Assembly: GCA_002269645.1 (NCBI GenBank)
Contig: NIVC01001325.1
Coordinates: 186,001 to 250,000 of the forward strand
DNA length: 64,000 nt
DNA from: Macrostomum lignano
Taxonomy: Eukaryota
Reading direction: 5' to 3'
The notes beneath the pieces were generated by a model. That model was given only the letters and a program-made list of their open reading frames with translations. It ran no database searches and was not told the DNA's origin. Made by a program: the position numbers and the translations under genes. How positions within the stretch are numbered: position 1 is the first letter of the stretch; each line of letters starts with the position of its first letter. This document shows, piece after piece, positions 12,261 to 22,760 of this stretch.

Positions 12261-15200
12261 ATGCGTTGCCAGCACCATCCGTTACGGCAGAACGCACACT
12301 ATACAAGTGCTGCGGCAACAACGAACTCCAACTCGAGTAGAATCACAAAACGACTACTCCCAACAACAACAACTGATGCCACCGAGACAAGCGCCAACAC
12401 CTTCAGCACCCATCGAAACGATTGAACTTCGTGCCACCCTTCCGCCACCACGGAGACCACCACCAGAACCGAAAGTTCCAAAATGGCCAGCAAACTACTC
12501 ATACGCCTTTGTTTTAAAGCACCTAACAACAGCAACAATGATCAACCTGTGGTGCCGCAAAGCACCGCATACTCGACACAGATGCACCGCCCTCATTGAC
12601 AGCGGCGCCTCGATCTCCTGCATCTCTCCGGCATTCGCCAAGAAGCTTCGAGTACCACTACAAGATACCAACATGAACGCCATTTGTGCAGGAGGACAAC
12701 AACTAAACCTCAATAAAAAGGCTACTTTTGATCTCGAAATCGATGGACGAAACCACAAGATATCAGCCTTTGTGCTAGATACTCCCGACGCTGACTATGA
12801 CTTGCTTCTAGGAGTGGAAACCTTCAAATCACTGGAATACCACTACAATTCGACTACTCAAAAGCGACAGCTAAGCTCGGCAATGAGCAATTTGCGATGC
12901 TCAACTCAATTCAACAGTTGAAAGAAACCTCTGCAGTGATGCAAAAGAAACTAGAGTTACCACCACAGACAACGCATCAAGTTACGTTGAAACTTTCTTC
13001 TCGACATGAGCCAACGATTCCTGTTCTATTCGTCCCTAAGGACCACACGATCCGAAAACACCAGTTGATGATACCAACTTGCCTTGTTTCTGTCAACCCG
13101 GACGGACAAACTATCAACGTAGAAGTCACCAACCCGTCGCTGACAACACAAACCTTGCATCCTCAACAAGTCATTGGAAATCTGGCCAACATGTCTGACT
13201 ACAACATCGTGCGCCCAGCAGCTCAAATCAACAGTCTACGTACGCTGCAACAAGAAGCACCTACGACTGACATGATTCGTACTCAACTCAAACAAGCCAA
13301 CCAGCACCTCTCAGCCGAGCAGAGTGAACAATTGGTCACTCTGATGAACAAGTACCGTGACGTCTTGGCACTATTGCCAACTGATATGGGTTGCTCTACC
13401 CAATACACGGCTCACCTGCATCTGTACCCACACTCTGAGCCAGTCACGTCCAGACCGTATCCAATCGCTCATGGATTACAAGAACGATTTGACGAACTTA
13501 TCGAAAACTTCCGTCAAAAAGGAATTATCAGTCCGAGTGAATCTGAATACTCGAGTCCATGTCTTCTCGTGGAAAAGAAGACGCTCGACGCTCAAGGTCG
13601 TCGACAGCTAAGACTCGTGACGGATTACCGAAAACTGAACAAGCTAATTCGTGCTCCTAGCATCCGACCTCCGAAGATTCCGGATTTGCTACATCGATTG
13701 AAGAACGCTAAACTGTACACACTCTGTGACCTAGCAGATGCTTTCTACCAAGTTCGAATCGATCCAGAAAGCACAAAATACACTGCGTTCATTGCACCGA
13801 ACGGCCTACTTTGGGAATTCAATCGACTACCTCAAGGACTCAAATCCAGTCCTAGCTTAATGTGCCGTCTTGTAGCATTGTTAACAGCTGACTCTCCAAA
13901 TCAGATTGCCTACTTGGATGACGTCATGCTCATCGCCGAAGACTTCACCGGCATGCTCAAAGAAGTTGAGCGCTTCTTCCAAAAGTTACGACATCATGGA
14001 TTGCGAATTTCACTCCGAAAATGCATCTTTGCTAAAACAGAGGTACAATATGTCTTGGATTTGTGGTTTCTGCTCAAGGCATTAGACCAGCTCCCAGCCT
14101 TATCGAAAAAATCAAGACCTTTCCTGTGCCTCAAACGGTTAAACAACTACAATCTTTCCTTGGACTTGCAAATTTCTACAGAACGCACATTGCTGGCTAC
14201 TCACGAGTAGTACAACCACTTCTGAGTATTATCAAAAATACTTCGAAGCCTAACAAATTCGTCTGGACGAACGCTGCCCAAACAGCCTTTGAAAAACTGA
14301 AACAACTTTTCTCTACGGACATACTACTGGTTCATCCAAATCCGCGAAAACCGTACTTCCTGCACACTGACGCCTCGGATACCGCCATTGGAGCAGTACT
14401 CTCACAGCTAGATGACAACAACCATCAACGCCCGGTTGCCTACATCTCTAAGACGTTAAGCTCAACTGAACAACGCTATCCACCGATTGAACGCGAAGCA
14501 TACGCCATCTATTGGGCAATAAAGAAGCTACACGTGTTCCTCTACGCTTCTTACCAACAGTTCCACGTCTTCACTGATCACCAGCCACTCAAGAGCCTAT
14601 TCAGCGACAAGCAGCCAATTTCAAAACGACTTCAGAAGTGGATTCTAGCGATACAAGATTACAACTTCACCCTTAACTACGTGAAGGGCAAATCAAATGT
14701 AGTAGCAGACTGCCTTTCACGCATCCCCAAAGTCTGTCAGATACAATCGCTGTCAACATTCAACGGACTGCAGGCTGCTATTGATCAAGATCCACTATTG
14801 TCTACAATCAAAGCGCTTCTATCGGAACAGTCACCCACACACGAGCTGTCCAAGAAAGATCAACAATATGTTCGCCGACACCTGGCACGTTATTTCCTGG
14901 ACGGAAACACCCTGTACTTTGAAGATGACGAAGGACGAAGCCGCTTCGTGATACGAACACGCTATCGTGAAGCTCTTTTGACAAGCAACCACTCGACAGC
15001 CCTTGGTGGTCATCTAGGTCACCAAAAGACAGCAGACAAAATCAGTCACTTCTATTACTGGCCTACACTACGACAAGATGTCTACAATTTCGTTAACAAC
15101 TGCAAAGTCTGCCACAAAGCGAAAACAGCACCTCGACTGCGACCAATGCACAAAGCCGTAAAATTCAACGAGGTTTTCTCTCATTTGGCTATTGACCTTG

Positions 15201-16197
15201 TAGGTCCACTGCCACCAGCTTCACACGGCCGCGACGTCTACAAGTACATACTCACGGCCCAATGCGGCGTTAGCAAATTCCTGTTCACTATCCCGCTAAC
15301 TGAGACAACTTCTGCAACTATCTGCAACAACCTCTTCAACCGTGTGTTCGCTTTCGCAGGACTACCAGCACACATCATCTCAGACAATGGACCCCAATTC
15401 ATCTCGCAAGAATTTCGAGAGTTTATGGGTGCCCTTGGAATACACCTGATCTACACCTCGGTGTACCAACCATCCAGCAACTTCGTCGAACGCGCTCACA
15501 AGACACTGAAGCAAACTCTTACGGCCTTCGTCCATGACAAACCAGATCTCTGGATTGACTTCCTACCTGCGGTGACACTAGCAATCAATACCGCCGCCCA
15601 CTCAACGATGAACGAATCACCATTCTACTTGTTCTTCGCTCGAGACTTCCTGCCACCCAACGCACGGATCATGGAACACCAGACAACTGCATCATGGACG
15701 TTATTAAACCAGTCAATTTGACCTGTTCAGCTATTTTGCTTGCCAGAGAAGTCGCCAAGGAACTTCTGCACAACTCAGCTGAACAGCGCGCTGAAAACTC
15801 TGATAAGAAGACCAACAGCCGCTACATACGCCCAGGTGCTCGATGCTATTTGGATATCTCAGCAACGAAGGAGACAAAATTCTCCAATCCTTATCGTGGC
15901 CCAATGCGTCTACTAGCATGGCTCTCCGATCAGAACGCACTAATTTTTTACGTCAACCGGCCAAGCGAACGACCAATCGTGGTACATGCCTCCAAGCTGA
16001 AACCATGGCCTGGAGATGGACTCAGCGCTGGACCTAGTCACCTACCTGAGTTTACAACTGATGACATTCAGGTCCACCACAACCATCGGCCGCCATTGAG
16101 CAAGTCCATCGCGCTGCAAACCACGTCCACTGATGAGCCACCAGTCCAGCCACAGACGCATGGCTACAACCTAAGATCGAAGAACAAGAAGTTGTGA
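12261..16197 (+). CDS. pol: Pol: aspartic protease, RT, RNase H, integrase; frameshifts ~12840, ~14052, ~15690
   Basis: PR LIDSGASISC (D at 12598). RT LVTDYRKLN, DLADAFYQ, LPQGL, YLDD (13911). RH TDASDTAIGAVL, EREAYAI, TDHQPL. IN H-x6-H...C-x2-C, AIDLVGP, SDNGPQF, VER. Confidence 0.95.
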
Positions 16198-16506
16198 ATG
16201 ATCAAAAATCTTCTAAATTTCTTTTCTCCTTTCTTTTCCTTAACTGACAATATTGCTTTCTCTTCCTTTCTTTCTCTTCTTCTTTTCTTTCCTTCTTTTC
16301 TAACAATTTTGCTCTCTCTCCCTGCATTGCGACACTTTACGTGACTATATTGACGAACTGACACAAATGAACTTTTATTTTCTGTTTTATCAACAAAAAG
16401 CTACAAAAATTTTCTTTCTTTTCCCTCTTTACATTGCAGAGCTCACACGCTAAAACAACATTTTAATTTTGTGTATCTATTGCTTTTCTCCCTTTTCCTT
16501 TCTCTT

Positions 16507-17436
16507 ATGGATCCATTTCCGCAACCAGTGGATATCCGACCACAGTTAAATCATGATCTTATTTGCCTCGCAACCGTTGTTGCTTGGTTCACTGAAGCAA
16601 TATTTTATTCTGAAACTATTGGTGAATCCCAACGGCTACGCATGGCCTCCGCTTTCTTCTCTCGTTTTTATGTTATCCGCCATCATCGCTTTTATCCTAA
16701 GATGCTCCGCGTCCTGCGAATTAGTCTATTTGGTGTGCTGCGTCGTACTCACTCACGACCACGTATACAGAACTTTTCTCCCACTATGACTGGCGTTCTA
16801 CGCCGCAGCTTCGTACCAATTATACATTTTCTTTTCTCTCCTAATATGTCTATCGACGATTTCTTTCAACTCTCTGCTTCTACTCTCCCTCAATCATGCC
16901 TGCGCTTTAACCAAGACACTTGGCCTTTGTTGCTTTCCTCTCTGCGCTACCCATGGCAACAATTCCGCCATGATGCTGCTAATCTTTCGGCGCAAAAGTT
17001 AACATCTACGCTCCAAAATTATTTAACCTCCTTCGATTATCTCGCCCCTTATGTTTATCAAATTTTTGCTCCGTTTTTTCCCCGTCCTACTAAGAGCGCT
17101 ATCATACGCACGCTAAATCGTCTGTATCCGCACAATTTTTTCTTCACCCACGCTGTTTTCATTCTCTCAACGCGTTCAAGAAGCTTTGCTTTTATAATTA
17201 TCGATTTTTATTCTCGCTCGGTAGTTGCCCATACTATCTTCCCTTTCTCTTGTCCTCCGCTTCGTCGATATTTATACAATATTCACCGTATACGAAATGC
17301 TCATGTTGGCTACCCTAACACCTTGCCAGAGTATGCCGCTCTTCATACCTTCTCCATCAAGCGTATTAAGCATTCTCCTCCTTCTGATCTTAATATTAAT
17401 TTTGCTCGACTGGCATACGTTTTTTATATGATTTGA
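16507..17436 (+). CDS. Accessory ORF-B (309 aa); C-terminal half resembles a degenerate integrase core
   Basis: Uninterrupted ORF with ATG 16507 downstream of a strong acceptor (AG at 16438-16439). Contains FIIIDFYSRSVVAHTI...GYP...LHTFSIKRIKHSP. Confidence 0.7.
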   Translation: MDPFPQPVDIRPQLNHDLICLATVVAWFTEAIFYSETIGESQRLRMASAFFSRFYVIRHHRFYPKMLRVLRISLFGVLRRTHSRPRIQNFSPTMTGVLRRSFVPIIHFLFSPNMSIDDFFQLSASTLPQSCLRFNQDTWPLLLSSLRYPWQQFRHDAANLSAQKLTSTLQNYLTSFDYLAPYVYQIFAPFFPRPTKSAIIRTLNRLYPHNFFFTHAVFILSTRSRSFAFIIIDFYSRSVVAHTIFPFSCPPLRRYLYNIHRIRNAHVGYPNTLPEYAALHTFSIKRIKHSPPSDLNINFARLAYVFYMI

Positions 17437-17647
17437 TTCACCATCATCGCTCACTATTTTAATCCGCTTTTTCTCCAATATTGAGCGTTGAAACGCCACA
17501 CATTTTTTCCCAAAAAATACTCACAAATATTTTCCGTTTCTCTGCCTATTACTCCTCCGTTATTTTGCGCTAACCTTTGTAAAGCCTATGCTATTTTTTT
17601 CTCTGTTATTCTGTCAACTGCTTTTTCGAACGTCATCACGCACTAAC

Positions 17648-17900
17648 CTGCCCAACCCTGCTCAACCCTGCTCAACCCTGCTCAACCCTGACCTACACGA
17701 CTGCTGCTCTGTGCCTGGTCTTTGCCAATTGCTGCCCCTGGCGCTGCTGTAACCAACTTCAAACAACAACCTTGCTCTACACAACTGCCGCTCTATGCCT
17801 GGTCTCTGCCTACTGCTGTCTCTGGCGCTGCCTCAGCCAAAGTCGAACAACAACTTTGCTCTACCCAGCTGCCGCTCTATTTTATGCCTGGTTTTTGCAA
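17648..17900. repeat. Short tandem repeats inside the element: 11-bp CCCTGCTCAA(C) x4, then ~84-bp unit x2.5
   Basis: Directly visible repeated units. Confidence 0.7.
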
Positions 17901-18022
17901 GTCGCTCGACCTCTGGTGCTGCTTCCACCTAAGTCAACCAACTAGCACTAAGGCATATGGCTCAACAACGTCTGTTCTTTCATGACTGCTCAGTCTGCTC
18001 ATCTGACAACTTCGGCATCACA

Positions 18023-18373
18023 TCATGTGGTGGCCCTGAAAAAGGCCGTTGTAACGTTCAAAGGACGGCAGAGCCGGCAGAGCAGCCAGGGCGCTAACAC
18101 GGCCGCTTCTACCGACTCCACCGAAGGCGCTTCCGCGTCGGCCGCGGCGGCCGGTGTTTCTGATGGGCCCGCGCGACAGCAACAGCGACGGCAACAACGA
18201 TAGCACTGTTGGCAGACCGAGCACTGGCCCAACAGTGACAGTAACACTAGTGCCCCCAGCACCACCAGGACCACGATAGTGCAAGTCCAGCGGACGTCAG
18301 CTTTATCACAATGCTCCTGCGACTGTCGTGCTAGATCTCCTAGCAGAAAGCGCAAGTTCTTCATGGTACTCAT
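18023..18373 (-). CDS. Antisense accessory ORF: small single-pass membrane protein with Cys/Arg-rich juxtamembrane segment (116 aa)
   Basis: MSTMKN...WTC TIVVLVVLGALVLLSLLG QCSVCQQCYRCCRRCCCR. Minus-strand TATATAA at ~18463-18469. Confidence 0.55.
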   Translation of the reverse strand: MSTMKNLRFLLGDLARQSQEHCDKADVRWTCTIVVLVVLGALVLLSLLGQCSVCQQCYRCCRRCCCRAGPSETPAAAADAEAPSVESVEAAVLAPWLLCRLCRPLNVTTAFFRATT

Positions 18374-19296
18374 GATGCTAATTAGAGTGGGAATTAATTT
18401 GACCAAAAACACTTTCGGTTAAAAAAATCACCTAACTCTCCTCGTTCTGTTTTAGTTTGGTGTTATATACCCCTTTTGGGCCTTTTCATATTACCAATTC
18501 CAGAACCAGAATCGGTTCGGAATTCCAAGAAAAACAGCAGTATAACTATTAAACTCTGTTAATATTTGACTGCCTTAACAACCTAAATTAGCACAATTTT
18601 TCACTTTCTTCTTGGCGATTGTCATTCAATAATAAAAACTGTATAGCACGTATCTCCCTCTAGTTATGGAGACAAAAAGTTATACTTCACAAATTGGTTC
18701 TGGTTCTGGAACCAGAGCAAGCAATATGAAAAGGCCCTTTGACTGTACAATTTTTCCTGGAATTTTCACTATTTCATGCTCCCTATTTAAAAGATTTTAA
18801 CCTCATAGCTTGTACATATGATTTATTAACTGCGCGGCTCCTTGCTACAACCACCCCAACTTTCACTGTATAACGATTTTTATTACCTTCCTTCTAACTC
18901 AAACGCGTTTTCATTTTAAGCTTGTGTCGCTAAACCCCCGTTTTGCTCTGTACACCTATTTTATCGATTTTTTTGGTTAACCCTCGCTACGTTTTATTCC
19001 ATCCTTGCTTAACTAGTTTAGCTTCGCCTAACTAAAGGCCCTCTGCGCTATCCCTTCTTTTGCTATTTAGACTGATGTTGTACTTTAACCTATGTTACCT
19101 TGCTTAAATTGGTTCCCTTTTACTCAAACATTTTTGCTAACATTATTCACTGCGCACTATTTTTTTCTGCAACAACTTTTCTCGTTTAATACAATGCGTT
19201 ATCTTTTTCTGCAATTTTATCAATTTTAGCCCCCTGCTATACTTTTTCTGTTGTTATGCGCTCGGAGGGCCTCGCTTCCCCAAAAAATAGAGCGAA

Positions 19297-19952
19297 TTAA
19301 GTGACACATTTTGGCTCTAGAAACTTCCCATCCAGATTGAATGTATTTTAACCAACGAATGCGCTCCAACTAGCAAAAGCTGAGGACACGACCCCAACCT
19401 CAACCAATGAAAAACAGTTATGTACCATCCAATGCGATCAAGACTGAAAAGTACTATAAAAGCTCATGTTAACCAACCAAGAAGCTCGCGCCTCCCTGGC
19501 CTTTTCTCTCTTCCGCCTCTCTTTTGCCCTTCTCCTATCTTACCTCCTTTGACTACTTTTGATTGACACTGCCAGGGTCTCGGCCCAAACACTAAAACTG
19601 ATAAATTGACTCACTAAAACTAAAACAACAACCAACCCACGTTCCACAATAGACTGAACCTTCGGTTCCCCCGAACACTTAGAAACCCCTTTGAACTCGA
19701 ACAAAACGAGCTTCTTATTTGGAATTCCATCTTAGACCTTATATTTTGTAAGATAACATCTCGAGATTGTGACCATCAAATACAACGGTCTGTAAGTTAC
19801 CATCAAGTGTTTGCATCATCAGGAAAAGTCAGTTGAATCCGCCGCCTCAGTTATTTGGCTCTCACATTGATATTTGAAGTAGAACAAGAGCCATAGAAGT
19901 GAGAGACCAGAAGAAGAACAATAAAACCCACATATTATTTTAAAATATTTCA
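19297..19952 (+). repeat. 3' LTR (656 bp)
   Basis: Near-identical copy of 2683-3341 (starts TTAAG, one mismatch). Preceded by purine-rich AAAAAATAGAGCGAA (PPT, ~19282-19296). Confidence 0.95.
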
Positions 19953-20700
19953 GCGCCTCATGTAAGTGGTGCCGGCCAGGTAGCGCAGAATGCTTGTTCT
20001 CTTCTGGACTTTGTCCGCTAGGGTGAAGACGTCTCAAAAAAGACAGCTAAATTGGGGTCGAAAATGATCCTCATAATTTTCAGGTACAGCGCTTGCGGAA
20101 GTGGCGCACCGTTTGATATAAACACGCAGTTAACGCGGGTTAGAAAGGTGGCCGTAAATTTTAAAGTTGAGAAAACTGCATCCACTCCTACGAGGCCGAC
20201 CCTCCCCGTGGCAGTAAGCATGCAGGGTGGGTGGGACGCTGACGCTTCTTCCCGGGCCGCCAAAGCGAACCGTCCCTCCCGGCAGCATGACCCCGCGGGC
20301 AAGGGTGAGCACGTTACTGAGGGCGGAGCCGACCGACGCCCAACGCGCAGCGCCAGACGGCGTGGCCTGTTCCAGCGAGCAGCTGCAGTGGTCCGCACCG
20401 CCAAAATCAGTTAGCTGAAGCGAAAGGTCGCCGGGACGCTCAGGCGCACCAGTTCGTCCAGGGACGGTGAGGACGTCCCAGCTAACTGGGCCCAACCCCT
20501 TGGGGCAGGGCTGACTGGAGACGATCCGCCTGCCAAGACGGCTGGCTGTTCCAGGGCATTGGGCCACTCCGAGGTGGAAGACCCTGTCGCCGGTGGGCGA
20601 AGGGCGGCGAATGTCGCCTACTCCCTTCCGACTGGTCAGGGGTCGATCCTCTGTTGAAGGCACTCACGAACGACCGCGTTTTTCTAAACTTTCCCAGCTG
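19953..20700 (-). mobile_element. Continuation of the same decayed LINE on the other side of the LTR insertion
   Basis: Minus strand reads NGAPLP...IIFDPNL...LADKVQKRTSILRYLAGTT. It joins EALHRSLLDY across the GCGC target site. Confidence 0.6.
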
Positions 20701-22128
20701 TAGTAAAGAGACCTGATCGCTCGGTCACAGAGAGCTCTGAAGAGACTCTAGAGCTCATGCTCAGCAGTTTTTCCCTAAATCCCCGACCTAGCAGGGCCCG
20801 CCTGACAACACCGTGAGAAGGCATGGCCTAGCAAAGCCTTTTATCACCAAAGACCACATTACTATAGAGCGGCAAGGTCCTTTAACTTGCTCAAGGCGCC
20901 TGGGCCCGATGGCATCTACCCAGCGTTCTTGCACGTGGCGGTAAAAAACCAACGCTTTTTTATTAAACCTCCTTTGTCGTCTCCTCCGAGCTTTGTGGAA
21001 CTGGGAAATGTAACATTTGCATGGAGAGAGGCCCGGGTGGTCTTTAATTTATCCCAAGCCTGGGAAGAGCGACTACCAATCGCGTATGGCCTTCAAGCCT
21101 ATCTGCAGTCTCCCCTCTTTCTGATTTAAGCTCCTCGAAAGGCTGGTGCTTTGTCGCCTGCTCTCGGTCGAGCTGAAGCGCTTCCCACTCCACAGAACCA
21201 GCACACCTTCCGTGCGGGCAGGTCTACTGAGAGTGCCCTCCGTCATCGTTTACTTGGCGAGGGCCGTTCTTGGCAGCGGCTTTGCCCGTTCGCTTTTCCT
21301 GGACATTGAGGGGCCTTCGAAAATGTCATCTTCGAGGTCTTGGTAGAGCCCTGGAATCCAGGGCCACCCACCCTCACCTTGTCCGGTGGATCATGCTCAT
21401 GATCCGAAACCGCACTGTTGGGGCCCACCTGAACGGCAGCTCAAACGGCGCATGTCCAGAAAGGGATCCTCAGGGCGGGTTACCCCTGTTCTCTAGAACA
21501 ATGTCATGGATGAGTTGCTTTGCAGTGCTCTTCATGACCCTATTCTCAAGGTGGGCTATGCCGATGACGTGGGACCGCATATGTCGACCCTCGATTTCTC
21601 GGTCGACACAACCAGAAATTTGCTGGAGCGTTAGGCAAACCAGATTCAGAAACTACAGCGGTTATATTTACCAACAAACTGCTCTGGACCATGAAGCCCT
21701 CGCCCTCTGCCCTCTATATGGAAAGAGCATTTCTCTGCCGGCGCCCTTCTGCGGCCACCGGGCCCCCATCCCTACCTCGGTGGTCAACTCCCGCGTTAAG
21801 CGCTGGGCTGACTCCGAGCACCTCCGCAGGTGGCACGACACTCGGAATTGCAGGAAATACCATGCTGCCATCCCCTGTTCCCTCCCCCTCCTGCGTAGAG
21901 CCCTCCTCAGGCTCAACCACAGAGACCTCAGGGCTCAGAGCAGTCAGCATGGCCCTCTCCGGGCATGGCTACTTCTCTCACCACCGCTTCCTTCAGGGCC
22001 AGGTACCCGAGGAGCGGTGCCCCTTCTGCCGCTCAGGCAGTGAAAACGCTGAGCACTTTGGCATTGCCCGGTCTTCACCAGAGACCAGGCTCATTCAACT
22101 CGGATCAAACCCGTTAAGTTCTCCCTGA
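20700..22128 (+). mobile_element. Decayed LOA/R1-like non-LTR retrotransposon fragment
   Basis: KAPGPDGIYP, WREARVVF, LLERLV, FLDIEG, PQGG and GYADD remnants. C-terminal GHGYFSHH...CPFC...EHF zinc motif. Many frameshifts. Confidence 0.75.
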
Positions 22129-22129
22129 C

Positions 22130-22760
22130 GTTTGCAGGCCCGCGAGAGCATCCTGCTGCTCGCCCAGTAACTTCAGGGATACGGGACGAGCTAAGTTCTT
22201 TCCCACCGCCAGGAGGACAGGCAAGACGGACGGATCCCTCTGAGCGACATCACTTCGACGGAAGCTTTTTATCGCCAGGGGCTCGCGGAATAGCCACGGT
22301 CTCCTCCATCTTCTCGCTGCCGGCCTGACGATGTTCCCCTGCAGCTACATGTAAGTCGTAGTCAAGCCTAACGACGAAAGGGCAGATGCCGTCTGGCCAA
22401 ATCGCTTTAGATGGCTTGGACAGCCTCATGGCCCACTTGACGTCGTCGGCAGAGAAGAGGGGGACACATCCCGAGTAACGCGCGGAGGGCCTTAAAGCGA
22501 CAGCGGACGAGGCGTTCGAACAATGCAGGCGGGGTTTCGTGAATAGGCAGTTGAGCCAGTCTATCGTCTCAGCTATAGCGTCAGATGAGGCTGGTAATTT
22601 TTCGTTGAATTTGATGATGACGTTTTTAGCCGCGCTAGGCAGTCAGACAGATTTTTTGAGGGTAGACAGAGCCTGGAAGTAAGGGCAGGTTGATGACTTT
22701 GAGGACATTGTAAAGGAAATTAACTCGTTCCAACGACCCGGTCTTCTCTGCGATTGGTTG
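22130..22760 (-). mobile_element. Upstream piece of a decayed minus-strand LINE RT region
   Basis: Minus strand reads PLFSADDVKWAMRLSKPSKAIWPDGICP, the pre-RT 'KA.GPDGI' motif. Confidence 0.55.

Larger units (their letters stand above)
2683..19952 (+). mobile_element. Full-length giant Ty3/gypsy (Metaviridae-like) LTR retrotransposon / endogenous virus with env, 17,270 bp
   Basis: Direct LTRs 2683-3341 and 19297-19952. GCGC flanks both ends (2679-2682, 19953-19956). PBS and PPT present. PR-RT-RH-IN domain order. Confidence 0.95.

Noticed and set aside
8600-15720. Programmed -1 ribosomal frameshifting as the explanation for the ORF breaks
   Set aside because: Eight serial events, several inside folded domains and without evident slippery heptamers, would abolish expression. 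One genuine site cannot be excluded.
16055-16175. CTGATGA words suggesting hammerhead ribozymes (also ~57728)
   Set aside because: No GAAA after the putative stem II, so the catalytic core is incomplete.
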